DNA of 64,000 nucleotides from Methanobacteriota archaeon (GCA_026394495.1 JAPKYE010000012.1:83-64082); one strand, 5' to 3'. Positions 10,110-20,852 are shown, counted from the first letter of the stretch. Notes: generated by a model not told the origin, from the sequence alone. Numbers and translations: made by a program.

Positions 10110-11054
10110 ATGGATCTTGTCATCGTAACATTCCAATCAGTTGCCGTACTTCTTGGCATTGGCATCCTTGGGTTTTTAATCATTAGAAAACGCATAGTCC
10201 CAGAACAGGCGCTCGGAACGCTTTCACCACTTGTCCTTGATGTCGCATTGCCCTGCCTTATTTTTACAAGCATCCTTGAGACGTTTTCACCCAAGGAAAC
10301 ACCAGACTGGTGGACGCTTCCACTATGGTGGCTCTTGTTTACATTGATCGCAGCAGGACTCACAGCAATTTCTATGTTTCTTTCACAAAAGAAAACAAGA
10401 CGAGAATTCGCCCTTTCTCTATTTTATCAGAACGCTATTTTCTTCCCAATCGCAATTCTTACCGGAATGTTTGGGACTACATCTCCGTATCTAGTATCGC
10501 TTTTTTTGCTCACGATTTTCTATGCTGCATTCTTTTTCAACACATATCCTCTGTTTTTCGGAAAAAAAGAAAAAAAATTGAACCTGAAGAAAATCTTCCA
10601 TCCAGTCCTCATTGTCACCGTTATAGCAATGGGTATCAGATTTGCAAATCTACAACCATACATCCCAGGGTTCGTCATCTCTATTTTTAAGACAATTGGT
10701 ACTATGACGATTCCTTTGATCATGATTGTTCTCGGCGGAACCGTCTATGTTGATTTTCAGAAAAAAGGAACAATCTACAAAAAAGAAATCATCAAATTCG
10801 TCATCGTGAAAAACATCATGTTTCCACTCATATTTCTTGGACTACTCATACTTATTCACCCACCATATGTTGTCGCGTTACTCATCATTCTGCAAAGCGC
10901 AGTTCCTCCGATTACTGCTGTTCCATTGCTTACCGAACGAGCAGGTGGCGATCGCGCGATCGTCAATCAGTTTGTTGTAGCAAGTTTTGCTTTTTCGCTT
11001 CTTTCAATTCCGCTGATGATTGGTTTGTTTAGCATCATATTTCCCGCAACGTAA
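10110..11054 (+). CDS. AEC (auxin efflux carrier) family transporter (start revised to MDLVI)
   Basis: About 10 TM; VALPCLIF, NAIFFP, TIPLIMIVLG, LQSAVPP. Confidence 0.85.
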   Translation: MDLVIVTFQSVAVLLGIGILGFLIIRKRIVPEQALGTLSPLVLDVALPCLIFTSILETFSPKETPDWWTLPLWWLLFTLIAAGLTAISMFLSQKKTRREFALSLFYQNAIFFPIAILTGMFGTTSPYLVSLFLLTIFYAAFFFNTYPLFFGKKEKKLNLKKIFHPVLIVTVIAMGIRFANLQPYIPGFVISIFKTIGTMTIPLIMIVLGGTVYVDFQKKGTIYKKEIIKFVIVKNIMFPLIFLGLLILIHPPYVVALLIILQSAVPPITAVPLLTERAGGDRAIVNQFVVASFAFSLLSIPLMIGLFSIIFPAT

Positions 11055-11112
11055 TTATACAGTAATGCTGAAAGAAACAATCTTATACACCAGCTGTTGT
11101 TTTCTATGAACA

Positions 11113-11736
11113 ATGCACGATTTGATTGAGGCAATAGAAACAGTAAAGAACGGCTGCGTTCGCTTGATCATCGACGAACGGATTTTAGAGTTTAAACAAA
11201 TGAGAACAGGATCAAAAGAAAAAATCTTCCAAGAACTCTGTTTTTGTGTCCTCACCGCAAACAGTACCGCTGAACGATGCATACAGGTTCAAAAAAATAT
11301 TGGAGCGGATTTTTTAATGCTCTCTGAAAACGATTTAGCCCAGAAGTTAAAAACTTGCGGAGCACGATTTCATACAAAAAGAGCAGGATATATTGTCGCA
11401 TCACGAAAACATGTACATGAACTTTTTTCGGTTCTTGCATCATTGCACGGTGAAGAAATCCGAACCTGGCTAGTGGAAAACATAAAAGGGTTCGGCTACA
11501 AAGAAGCAAGTCATTTCCTGAGAAATATTGGATACGATGACTATGCCATCATCGATTTTCATATTGTTGATCTTCTTGTAAAACACAAGATCATAAAAAA
11601 ACCAAAAACACTCACAAAGAACATTTATCTTAAAATCGAACAGAAACTGAGAACTATCGCAGAAAAAACACATATGAGTTTAGCGGAACTTGATTTGTAT
11701 CTTTGGTATCTTGAAACAAAAAAAATATTAAAATAA
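11113..11736 (+). CDS. ogg: 8-oxoguanine DNA glycosylase / N-glycosylase-lyase (archaeal Ogg)
   Basis: ELCFCVLTAN, IKGFGYKEASHFLRNIG, AIIDFHI, ELDLYLWY. Confidence 0.92.
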   Translation: MHDLIEAIETVKNGCVRLIIDERILEFKQMRTGSKEKIFQELCFCVLTANSTAERCIQVQKNIGADFLMLSENDLAQKLKTCGARFHTKRAGYIVASRKHVHELFSVLASLHGEEIRTWLVENIKGFGYKEASHFLRNIGYDDYAIIDFHIVDLLVKHKIIKKPKTLTKNIYLKIEQKLRTIAEKTHMSLAELDLYLWYLETKKILK

Positions 11737-11758
11737 AAAGATATACTGATTCTCCGTT

Positions 11759-12544
11759 TTAACTCATTTTCTTTTCCGCAACAAAAAGAATAGCCGCAAT
11801 GAAAAGAGAAACAAGAAATGATTCAATTGTTCCCCACATGATCCCATAGATAGGATAGAGGATATAGGCTGCTGATGCAAATCCGACGACACTGCAACTC
11901 CCCACAATCATCGATTTTGCGATTCCACCAGCAAACTCAGAGCCATGTTCTCGCACGGATATCACCATGGTTGAAAGAAAAACCACGGGAAATACCGTGA
12001 AAATCCCACTCAAGACCGATCCTACTGACGAAAATGATACTGCTACTGCGATTACAACTCCTGCAAGCAATCCTCGCAAGAGAATCTTCATTGGTGTGTA
12101 ATGAATTTTTTTGCTTTCCATTGATGAGATTTTTTTCCAATATTCAAGAACAATGAAGGTGCATACGAGGAACATAAGATAAATGAATAAAGAAAGAAAA
12201 ATATTTGTGATCGGCAGGAAAAACAAAATAGAAGCAAGGAGAACCCAAGACGCTAGAGAACAGGCAAGCGCCAACAATAATGATTTTTTCGCGAGAAGAA
12301 CAAAGACGCAGAGAAATACTAGGTTGATGCCCATTCCTGCAGGGGTGATAGAAGCAACCTCTGAAGCGAAAACCTCTCCGCGATTTAATCCGATGAAGAG
12401 TAATGCGATGACAACTGTTGTTGGCAGCGTTCCGATAAGGCCACCGATTTTTGTCCCGTATCGTTCTGCAACAATCGTAATGACGATGACAACGAGAGCG
12501 GAAAAAATGAAAGAGGCAGCGGTTTGGAAAATAAGAGAATCCAT
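11759..12544 (-). CDS. Polytopic membrane protein (DUF3147-like, two internal halves)
   Basis: Hydrophobic; IGGLIGTLPT and LSGIFTVFPV half-repeats. Confidence 0.55.
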   Translation of the reverse strand: MDSLIFQTAASFIFSALVVIVITIVAERYGTKIGGLIGTLPTTVVIALLFIGLNRGEVFASEVASITPAGMGINLVFLCVFVLLAKKSLLLALACSLASWVLLASILFFLPITNIFLSLFIYLMFLVCTFIVLEYWKKISSMESKKIHYTPMKILLRGLLAGVVIAVAVSFSSVGSVLSGIFTVFPVVFLSTMVISVREHGSEFAGGIAKSMIVGSCSVVGFASAAYILYPIYGIMWGTIESFLVSLFIAAILFVAEKKMS

Positions 12545-12664
12545 AGAGACCGGGAATGACTATCAGTATAAAACGATTACTTGAATTTTCTTTTTTAATA
12601 GCATTGTATTGACTGATTTGGATAAAACCTTAAATAAAAGTACAACCATGAATAATATGGAGTA

Positions 12665-12922
12665 ATGAAAATGAAAAGAAGAATATGGGTGGTTGGGGGA
12701 AGCATAGGGGCAGTGGTTTTACTAGTGTTGGCAATGGTTTCAACAATAGTTAGCGCACGAGTTGTTGAATCGAAAGAACTACGATCAAGTATAATTCATT
12801 CTTTTAGAGATAAAATTGCAGATAGTTTTTGGGCACCGGGTGACATCATTTTTATGATCAGGCTGATAATATTCGCATTTATTTTGATGACTACAGCATT
12901 TTTTAGTGGTCATTATGGTTAA
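12665..12922 (+). CDS. Small exported/membrane hypothetical protein
   Basis: Basic N-terminus, signal-like hydrophobic stretch, second hydrophobic segment; GGAG upstream. Confidence 0.6.
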   Translation: MKMKRRIWVVGGSIGAVVLLVLAMVSTIVSARVVESKELRSSIIHSFRDKIADSFWAPGDIIFMIRLIIFAFILMTTAFFSGHYG

Positions 12923-13091
12923 AGTTAAATAAATTTAAAAAGAAAACGGGGAGGAGATAAATGAAATTATTACAAAAGAAATTGAAAGCGGTACTCATAA
13001 CATTCGAATATGTTTATTGTTTTTCTGTCATTAATTGTTTTTACTCACTTCAGCAAAACATTTATCAAACAACGTTCATACAGAGAACCTC

Positions 13092-13754
13092 ATGTCATCA
13101 GTAGAAATAAACGGACTCATTAAAAAACATGATAAATTGTTCACAGAAAATCTGCCGCAATGCAGAGGAATCCAGGTGTATAACGAAAAACTTCTTACCA
13201 TCAACGGAAAAGAATACCGATCCTGGAACCCATACCGCAGTAAACTAGCTGCAGCATTACATAAAGGAATAAAAAACATACGCATACAACCAGATACACA
13301 GATCCTGTATCTTGGTGCAGCCACAGGGACAACCGTCAGTCACCTCTCAGACATTGTGACAAACGGGATGGTTTACGCAGTGGAGAGCTCACCGATATCG
13401 ATGAGCAAACTTCTTAAAGTAAGTACACAACGCACAAACATCGCACCATTACTCATGGATGCAAACCATCCGCAGCGATACAAATCCTTTGTCCCCATTG
13501 TAGACATTCTCTACCAAGATATTTCCCAGAGGAACCAGGCAGAGATTTTCATAAAAAACATGGATAGCTACCTCAAAAAAGATGGACAAGGCATTCTTAT
13601 GATGAAAGCACGAAGCATCGATGTAGCATTACAACCAAAAAAAGCATATGAACAGGTGGGCGAAGAACTAAAAAAACAAGGAATAACTATCACTGATGTT
13701 GTTGAGCTTTCACCCTATGAAAAAGACCATGCTGTGCTAATGGCAACCTGGTAA
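13092..13754 (+). CDS. flpA: Fibrillarin-like rRNA/tRNA 2'-O-methyltransferase (start revised to MSSVE)
   Basis: EYRSWNPYRSKLAAA, LYLGAATGTTVSHLSD, YQDISQRNQAEI, LSPYEKDH. Confidence 0.95.
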   Translation: MSSVEINGLIKKHDKLFTENLPQCRGIQVYNEKLLTINGKEYRSWNPYRSKLAAALHKGIKNIRIQPDTQILYLGAATGTTVSHLSDIVTNGMVYAVESSPISMSKLLKVSTQRTNIAPLLMDANHPQRYKSFVPIVDILYQDISQRNQAEIFIKNMDSYLKKDGQGILMMKARSIDVALQPKKAYEQVGEELKKQGITITDVVELSPYEKDHAVLMATW

Positions 13755-13758
13755 AAAA

Positions 13759-14724
13759 TTAAAGAGAGATATTTATTTCCTGTAGCATCTTGTTGATAAT
13801 GTACGCAGGCGCCTCTTGAAGAAGCGGCGTATATTGATTGATAGGGATAAGTGGGTGTTTACTGAGTTCTTGCGCGCGTTTCAGATGATTTCTGATCTCA
13901 TCAAGATACAGCTGCTTTATCTCTGGGAGACTTTTTTCAAGCGTTTTTTTAAGTGATCTCATTGAAAGTGATCCGTTTTTTTTAGATTTTTTCTCCAAAC
14001 GTGTCAAAAGCGGGATGACGACACTATCGATTCTTTCTCCTTTTTCAAGATCGGCAAGATCATCAGCAAGCTGATACGAAAAACCAACTTCACAACCATA
14101 TTCTGCAAGAACCTCTGCAAGCGCATCAGACATCATCGCCTCATACACCGCTGCCTTACACGCAGAAGAGAACAACGACGCTGTTTTCAAATCAATGATA
14201 TTGCTATAGAACTGGAAAAATTTTGAGTCAGCAGAGATGTTGTTTTTTGCACCATTCAGATCTTTTGCATTAAAATTTACTTCGCTTAATTGCCCATTTA
14301 AGGTTTTATTCCATGTGTCCAAGTAAAGTTTTGCGGTTTTCTCCCCATGCGACAAACTAATATTAAAACCGATGACAAGCATCTTATGACCAATAAGAAT
14401 CGCATTATCGACTCCTTCAACAATGTAAAAAGCAGGTTCGCCACGACGTTTCAAATCACCATCAATAATATCATCATGAACAAGCGATGCATTATGCGCA
14501 AGCTCCACACTCACTGCACCCTCAAGAAACCGCTGATACAACTCATTTTTTTCTTTTCCACCAGTACACACTTTAAAGGAAAGCGCGGCGAGAAGAGGAC
14601 GTAATCGTTTCCCTCCTTTTAAGATAGCGAATATTTTTTCATCGGTTATAATTTGATTGATTTTATCTTCAATGTCTTTCTGAGCATTGTTGAAAAATGA
14701 TTCAAGTAACATCGTCTGTTGCAT
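13759..14724 (-). CDS. trans-Polyprenyl diphosphate synthase
   Basis: GGKRLRP, first motif ASLVHDDIIDGDLKRRG, GQ, KTA, second motif YQLADDLAD. Confidence 0.9.
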   Translation of the reverse strand: MQQTMLLESFFNNAQKDIEDKINQIITDEKIFAILKGGKRLRPLLAALSFKVCTGGKEKNELYQRFLEGAVSVELAHNASLVHDDIIDGDLKRRGEPAFYIVEGVDNAILIGHKMLVIGFNISLSHGEKTAKLYLDTWNKTLNGQLSEVNFNAKDLNGAKNNISADSKFFQFYSNIIDLKTASLFSSACKAAVYEAMMSDALAEVLAEYGCEVGFSYQLADDLADLEKGERIDSVVIPLLTRLEKKSKKNGSLSMRSLKKTLEKSLPEIKQLYLDEIRNHLKRAQELSKHPLIPINQYTPLLQEAPAYIINKMLQEINISL

Positions 14725-14862
14725 TTCAGATACCTACCAGCAAACTACTCTTAGGGAAAAGTTCCTAAGTATAAACTCCTATATAATATATTCTTCGATG
14801 TTGCTAATAAAGCCTTCGATGGACACAGAATACCATCAAAGATTTTTTGGAACACTATGTTG

Positions 14863-15465
14863 TTATTTTTTAAATGATTTTGCTATGAGATATATCTCTG
14901 AACTGCTTTTTCGTGATGCTTCAGGTGAATAGATTTTCACATAAGAAAAACTTTGTTTCACCTCATCGATGAATCGTTTTGTTTCTTCCCCATCAAAAAT
15001 TTTACACACAAAATTACCATTATGATTTAAGATACGTCGAGTGACAGCGATTGCCTGGTCACATAACCAGATACTTCGTGCATGATCAGTCGAATAATGC
15101 CCGGAAATATCTGGCGACATATCCGAAATCACCACATCAGCACCTTTTTCCGTAACCAACTGATAAATGCTTTCAACGGTTGCAGAATTGGCAATATCCC
15201 CGCGAATAAACTGGACGTTTTCCAAAGGCTTTATCGAAGAAAGATCAACACCAATCACTTTACCCATGGATCCGACTAACTCAGATGCAACCTGACACCA
15301 GCCACCAGGCGCCGCACCTAAATCAACGACAGTGTCTCCTTTTTTAATAAGAGAAAATTTTTGTTGGATCTGCTGCAGTTTAAAAGCAGAACGCGCACGA
15401 TACCCGGTACGTTTTGCCTCTTTGTAATAATGCTCTGTTTTTTTCTCGGTGTACCAGCGTGTCAT
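14863..15465 (-). CDS. rlmE: 23S rRNA 2'-O-methyltransferase RlmE/FtsJ
   Basis: GYRARSAFKL, VVDLGAAPGGW, VISDMSP, FVCKIF, SRKSSSEIY. Confidence 0.95.
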   Translation of the reverse strand: MTRWYTEKKTEHYYKEAKRTGYRARSAFKLQQIQQKFSLIKKGDTVVDLGAAPGGWCQVASELVGSMGKVIGVDLSSIKPLENVQFIRGDIANSATVESIYQLVTEKGADVVISDMSPDISGHYSTDHARSIWLCDQAIAVTRRILNHNGNFVCKIFDGEETKRFIDEVKQSFSYVKIYSPEASRKSSSEIYLIAKSFKK

Positions 15466-15474
15466 AAAGAGGGT

Positions 15475-16431
15475 TTAGAGGATGATGTCGATGTCAAGTC
15501 GTTCTGCAAGCTCTTTATATCGATTTCTGATGGTAACCTCAGTGACCCCTGCGACATCAGCAACCTCGCGCTGGGTCCTTCGTTCACCACAAAGAATAGA
15601 TGCAATATAGATAGATGCGGCTGCGACGCCAGTTGGTCCTCGGCCACTAGTAAGTTCCTTATCTGCAGCATCTTTGAGAATCTCGATTGCTTTAGCCTGA
15701 ACATCACCAGAAAGTTTTAGCTCACTGCAGAACCGTGAAATGTAATCCTGTGGAGACGTCGGCATCAGTTTTAACCCTAGTTCCCGAGCAATAAAACGAT
15801 ATGTTCTGCCGATTTCCTTTCGAGAAACTCGTGAGGATCCAGCAATCTCATCAAGAGTTCGCGGAACGTTACATTGCCTGCATGCTGCGTACAACGCTGA
15901 TGCGGAAACGCCTTCTATGCTGCGACCGCGGATAAGATTTTTCATGACTGCTTTTCGATACACCATTGCTGCGGTCTCTCTCACCGTGCGAGGTAAACCC
16001 ATACCAGATGCCATACGGTCAAGTTCTGATAACGCAAATGCAAGGTTTCGTTCTGTTGCATCACTGATGCGGATTCGCCGTTGCCATTTTCGAAGTCTAT
16101 AAAGTTGTGCGCGATTTCTAGTGGGAATGGATTTTCCATAGGAGTCTCTGTTTTTCCATCCGATAACAGTACTGAGACCTTTGTCGTGGATCGTATATGT
16201 CATCGGTGCACCAGTTCGAGCACGTTTTTCCCGCTGATCGCTGTCAAATGCCCGCCATTCTGGCCCATGATCAATGAAATCTTCATCAAGAACAAGTCCG
16301 CAGTCTTCACAGACGAGCTCAGCACGTGAGTAGTCTTTAGTGAGATGAGTGCTTTTACATTCAGGACATTGAATAATTTCTTCTATGCTTTGACGTTTGT
16401 CTTTTTTCTTTTTTGTTTGTATCGGAAGCAT
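15475..16431 (-). CDS. tfb: Transcription initiation factor IIB (start probably ATG at 16431)
   Basis: Zn ribbon CPEC...CEDCG, GPEWRAF, LRKWQ, two cyclin repeats, [23 protein letters not shown]. Confidence 0.97.
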   Translation of the reverse strand: MLPIQTKKKKDKRQSIEEIIQCPECKSTHLTKDYSRAELVCEDCGLVLDEDFIDHGPEWRAFDSDQREKRARTGAPMTYTIHDKGLSTVIGWKNRDSYGKSIPTRNRAQLYRLRKWQRRIRISDATERNLAFALSELDRMASGMGLPRTVRETAAMVYRKAVMKNLIRGRSIEGVSASALYAACRQCNVPRTLDEIAGSSRVSRKEIGRTYRFIARELGLKLMPTSPQDYISRFCSELKLSGDVQAKAIEILKDAADKELTSGRGPTGVAAASIYIASILCGERRTQREVADVAGVTEVTIRNRYKELAERLDIDIIL

Positions 16432-16700
16432 AACAAACTCCCCCGAAAGCCTTTTAAACCTTTCGATATGCTTTGCCGGACAATACAAGAACTTATATAT
16501 AAATGTTGTGGTGCCTATAATTTTGCTCAAAAATCATCTTTTTTCTCCTATAAAATTACAATAAAATAGGCAATGATAAAATGAACAATCTATTTATACC
16601 ATGAGATCTCGCATATACAAAAAAATATTTTTACTCACCACAACCGATCTTGATGAATAAGAACATATTAAAGCAACGATGTTTTTTCGAAAACGACCAT

Positions 16701-18416
16701 ATGCCGACAATTTCAATACTCGACGGATACATCGACGAACCAACATGCCTTGGCGTCCCACCATACATAAGCCCCTATCCACGATACCTAGCAGGTGCAG
16801 CATGGACCTTTGACAAAAAATCAACCTTATTCTACGTTACAATCGATCAAATACGCAAAGACAAAACAACTCTTGATACACTAGCAAAATCAGATGTTGT
16901 CGTTGTTGTCGCTGGCACATCAGTTCCCGGGCGATATCTATCTGGTCTTCCCGCAAGCCCTAATGAACTTGTTTCAATTATTAATTCTCTCACAAAACCA
17001 CTGAAACTATTATGTGGACCCGCAGCCAAAACAGGGTTTGGGCTTGGCGGAGGAAAACATGTACAAAACATCCAAAGCGTAGAAGGCGTGTTCGATCTCA
17101 TCATCACTGGCGACGGAGACATTGTTCTATCAGACTTGTTACATCAACATCTCAATATAGAACTAGTGGATCCAGCGCATTGCCGCTCAGACCCACACAT
17201 GATACAAAAATTTGCTGAAACAGGTGCACAGATCGTTACTCAACATCCATTCTACCCACAATACCTGATCGCAGAAATTGAAACATATAGAGGATGCTCA
17301 CGCAGCATCGTTGGCGGATGCTCATTCTGCAGCGAACCAGCTAAAGGAACTCCCTCATTCAGACTTCCCAAGGATATCATAAAAGAAATTCATATGCTGT
17401 ATATGTCAGGGGTACGACATTTCCGCATAGGAAACCAACCCTGTTTATTCTCATACATGGCAAACGACGCAGGAAAAAAAGAGTTTCCAAAACCAAACCC
17501 AGATGCCATAGAACAACTGTTCAAAGGAATCCGCAGTATTGCACCCAATTTAAAAACATTACATATCGATAACGTAAACCCAGGTGTTGTCGCACGATAC
17601 CCAAAAGAAAGCAGACGCATCGCAAAAACCATCATCAAATATCACACATCTGGTGATGTTGCAGCGATGGGTGTCGAAAGCACAGATCCCATAGTAATCA
17701 AGAAAAACAACTTAAAAGCATCAGCTGAAGAAGTACTAAAGGCAATCCGACTCATCAATGAAGTTGGCGCAGTACGAGGACAAAATGGATTACCAGAACT
17801 TTTACCAGGGCTAAACTTTGTATGTGGATTAGAAGGAGAAACAAAAAACACGTTTAAACTCAACTACGAATTCCTACAACAAGTATACAACGAAGGATTA
17901 TTACTTCGAAGAATCAACCTTCGACAAGTCATCCCGATCCCAGGGACAAAAATGTTCTCAGTTGGTGACAAACTCATCAGAAAACACAAACAAGAATTCC
18001 ATCGGTTTAAACGACTCGTACGACAAAACATTGAACGACCACTACTTGAAAGACTCACACCAAAAGGAACCATCCTCAACGACCTATACACAGAACTCTA
18101 CGAAGGAAAAACAACGTTCGCAAGACAACTAGGAAGCTATCCACTGCTTGTCGGCATCCCTGGCGTACTACCGCTACATACGTTTCTTGATGTCAACATC
18201 ATCGATTACGGATATCGATCACTCACCGCTGTTCCGTTTCCACTCAATATCAACACCGCACAACGCGAAACACTGGAATCCCTTCCAAGCATTGGAAAAA
18301 AAAGAGTGATACGGATTCTTGCCAAACGACCGTTTACCTCAAAAGAACAGTTTCTTGCTTGTTTTGACGACCCTGAAATAGGGAAAAAACTACTTGAATT
18401 CGTTACATTCACATGA
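16701..18416 (+). CDS. Radical SAM protein with TRAM-like and C-terminal helix-hairpin-helix domains (COG1031-like)
   Basis: ILDGYIDEPTCLGVPPYISPYPRY, ETYRGCSRSIVGGCSFC (CX7CX2C), TFARQLGSYP...YGYRSLTA, NINTA...LESLPSIGKKR. Confidence 0.85.
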   Translation: MPTISILDGYIDEPTCLGVPPYISPYPRYLAGAAWTFDKKSTLFYVTIDQIRKDKTTLDTLAKSDVVVVVAGTSVPGRYLSGLPASPNELVSIINSLTKPLKLLCGPAAKTGFGLGGGKHVQNIQSVEGVFDLIITGDGDIVLSDLLHQHLNIELVDPAHCRSDPHMIQKFAETGAQIVTQHPFYPQYLIAEIETYRGCSRSIVGGCSFCSEPAKGTPSFRLPKDIIKEIHMLYMSGVRHFRIGNQPCLFSYMANDAGKKEFPKPNPDAIEQLFKGIRSIAPNLKTLHIDNVNPGVVARYPKESRRIAKTIIKYHTSGDVAAMGVESTDPIVIKKNNLKASAEEVLKAIRLINEVGAVRGQNGLPELLPGLNFVCGLEGETKNTFKLNYEFLQQVYNEGLLLRRINLRQVIPIPGTKMFSVGDKLIRKHKQEFHRFKRLVRQNIERPLLERLTPKGTILNDLYTELYEGKTTFARQLGSYPLLVGIPGVLPLHTFLDVNIIDYGYRSLTAVPFPLNINTAQRETLESLPSIGKKRVIRILAKRPFTSKEQFLACFDDPEIGKKLLEFVTFT

Positions 18417-18452
18417 TGATAAAATAATGTACAACTATCAGATATACTAGGT

Positions 18453-18914
18453 GTGCCTATGAAAAAAAATACGCTTGAACAACTTGAAAAAACATTAGGA
18501 TACACATTTACAAACAAAAACCTGCTCAAAACCGCTCTAACCCATAAAACGTATGCGTTTGAAGCACCAACGCCACTTGAATATAACGAACGCCTAGAAT
18601 TTCTAGGAGACAGCATCCTCAATTCAGTAGCAGCAGAACAACTCTATAAAAGTAACAAATATTTCTCTGAAGGAGAACTCACCCGCCGCAGAGCAAACAA
18701 AGTAAACAACAAATTTTTAGCGGAACGAGCTGACGAGTTACAGATCGGAGATTTTTTACTTTTAGGAAAAGGAGAACAAAAACAGAACGGGTCAACAAAC
18801 AAAACAAACCTTGCGAACGCACTAGAAGCAATCATCGGTGCAATATATCTTGATTCAGATATCGAACACATACGACACTTTATCATTACAAATATCTTCA
18901 CAAAAGATTTTTAG
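18453..18914 (+). CDS. rnc: Ribonuclease III, catalytic domain only (no dsRBD)
   Basis: ALTHKT, signature NERLEFLGDSIL, EGEL, ANALEAIIGAIYLD; ends after 153 aa. Confidence 0.9.
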   Translation: MPMKKNTLEQLEKTLGYTFTNKNLLKTALTHKTYAFEAPTPLEYNERLEFLGDSILNSVAAEQLYKSNKYFSEGELTRRRANKVNNKFLAERADELQIGDFLLLGKGEQKQNGSTNKTNLANALEAIIGAIYLDSDIEHIRHFIITNIFTKDF

Positions 18915-18938
18915 TTGAAATGTGGTTTTTTTTGTCGA

Positions 18939-19784
18939 TTAGATATCTTTTTTGCTGAACCGCCAGTATGCAAGGACAAAGAATATCGCGATCCATATGA
19001 TGAATATCAGTGTCATGAGTCCACTTGAGTAATAGGAAGGATATGTGATCTGTAGCGGATTACCTGGGGTACTCATAGAACCAATGGTTAGAGCGATCAA
19101 TGAGTTATAGACTGAACCCGGATCGACAAGTTGCGCTCCATAATACCAATCCGGAATCTGTACCTTTTCCCCAGTCATTAGCGGTTCTATACCAACCTCG
19201 GCAATCAACAGTCCTTGAACAATCATCGGGATAATCATAATGAAGAGGATCCAGAGAAATATGGCTCCACCGATTGCAGATGACCGTTTTTTGAACAAGG
19301 TGGAGAAGAATAATGCCATACTCAGAAATACTAGCCCAAGAAGAATAGTTGCGCCGATGAAAATGAGGAATCCTACGATATCTGGATTCGGTATATTCAC
19401 TGCAATGATTACTCCAGCGATACCAAAACCAATGAGAATGGAAACTGCAAGAATGCTTCCAAGTCCAAACAGTTTTCCGACCAGGACTTCAAGGCGCGTT
19501 GTTGGTAACGCGAGCAATGAACTCATCGATCCTCGTTCAATCTCACCGATGATTGCTGAGTATCCAAGGATGATGGCGATGATCGGTATGAATATCTGCA
19601 CTATTGCTATCATGCTTGAAACTGTCCCCTGAATATCCTGCCAACCTGTACCGAAGATGGAGCCGAAAAGGGAAAAAACAATAGTGAGAATAGCAAAAAT
19701 AACCGATAAAATAAGAACCCATTTATTTCTGATATTATCCATAAACTCTTTTTTTGCGATACTAAAAAGGATGTTACTAAACAT
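18939..19784 (-). CDS. ABC-2 / NosY-like permease
   Basis: IAKKEFMDNIRNKW, LGYSAIIGEIERGSMSSLLALP, VLVGK; about 6 TM. Confidence 0.85.
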   Translation of the reverse strand: MFSNILFSIAKKEFMDNIRNKWVLILSVIFAILTIVFSLFGSIFGTGWQDIQGTVSSMIAIVQIFIPIIAIILGYSAIIGEIERGSMSSLLALPTTRLEVLVGKLFGLGSILAVSILIGFGIAGVIIAVNIPNPDIVGFLIFIGATILLGLVFLSMALFFSTLFKKRSSAIGGAIFLWILFIMIIPMIVQGLLIAEVGIEPLMTGEKVQIPDWYYGAQLVDPGSVYNSLIALTIGSMSTPGNPLQITYPSYYSSGLMTLIFIIWIAIFFVLAYWRFSKKDI

Positions 19785-19787
19785 GAT

Positions 19788-20852
19788 TTACTCCTCCGTA
19801 TATTTTAAAAACACTTCTTCAAGCGAAGGCGTTTGCGTCTGCAGATTCACGATATTTCCGCCAGCATTTACTATAGCGACAATAACCTTAGCACTGATAT
19901 TTGAATCACATACAACATGAATCATACACCCGATAGTCTTAACATCATATATACCAGATATCTTCTTTATCGCATCGACAACCGCATCAGATACCTTTTC
20001 CAATTCAAGGGTTAACTTCGGCTTCAGATTCAATTTCTTACTTAATTCTGCAACCGTATCCTGCGCCACAAGAACTCCTTTACTGATAATTCCAACCCTA
20101 TCGCAAACCGCCTGAATCTCACTGAGAATATGCGATGAAACAAAAATAGTGGCCCCCTGTTGTTTCAACTCTTTAATTTTATTTCTAATAAGCACGACAC
20201 CGCGAGCATCTAAACCCTCAGTTGGCTCATCTAAAATATAAATTGGTGGATTCCCAAGAAGTGTACGAGCCACACCTAATCGCTGAACCATCCCTTTTGA
20301 AAACGTACCAACCTTCTTCTTTACCGCATCACCAAGCCCAAACTCCTCAATAAGAACTTTACATTCATCTTTTGATGCATGTTTCATCTCCGCATAAAAC
20401 AAGAGATTCTGCAACGCAGTGAGATTATCATAAAACGCGACTTTCTCAGGGAGATACCCGACAAGTTTCTTTGCTTCTTTTCCATTTATACGTACATCTA
20501 GCCCATTAATTGTTATCTGGCCAGCATCCCCATGAATCAAATCAAGCATCGATTTAATCGTCGTCGTCTTTCCTGCACCATTCGGACCAAGAAAACCAAA
20601 GACTTCACCTTTTCGCACCTTAAAAGAAATATTGTCTACAGCTTTTACGTTCTTATATATTTTAACAAGACCAGAAACCTCGAGTGCATAGGAAACAGGT
20701 ACAGATTCAACAAATTCTCCCCCTTTATCCGAAAAGGTGACAACATTTTTTTTATTGCAATTAAAACAAGGAATAGACAGTTTTTCCCCAGGATTACCGG
20801 TCACAGTAAAGTCGCTTTTGCAATACCTACATTCAACTGTTTTTGTGATCAT
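19788..20852 (-). CDS. ABC transporter ATP-binding protein with N-terminal Zn ribbon
   Basis: GPNGAGKTT, FSKGMVQRLG, ILDEPT, SSH; N-terminal CRYC-x17-CFNC. Confidence 0.92.
   Translation of the reverse strand: MITKTVECRYCKSDFTVTGNPGEKLSIPCFNCNKKNVVTFSDKGGEFVESVPVSYALEVSGLVKIYKNVKAVDNISFKVRKGEVFGFLGPNGAGKTTTIKSMLDLIHGDAGQITINGLDVRINGKEAKKLVGYLPEKVAFYDNLTALQNLLFYAEMKHASKDECKVLIEEFGLGDAVKKKVGTFSKGMVQRLGVARTLLGNPPIYILDEPTEGLDARGVVLIRNKIKELKQQGATIFVSSHILSEIQAVCDRVGIISKGVLVAQDTVAELSKKLNLKPKLTLELEKVSDAVVDAIKKISGIYDVKTIGCMIHVVCDSNISAKVIVAIVNAGGNIVNLQTQTPSLEEVFLKYTEE

Noticed and set aside
12961-13104. 47-aa ORF with a strong GGAGG upstream of flpA
   Set aside because: No recognisable motif and it overlaps the probable flpA start; could be a remnant but cannot be supported.
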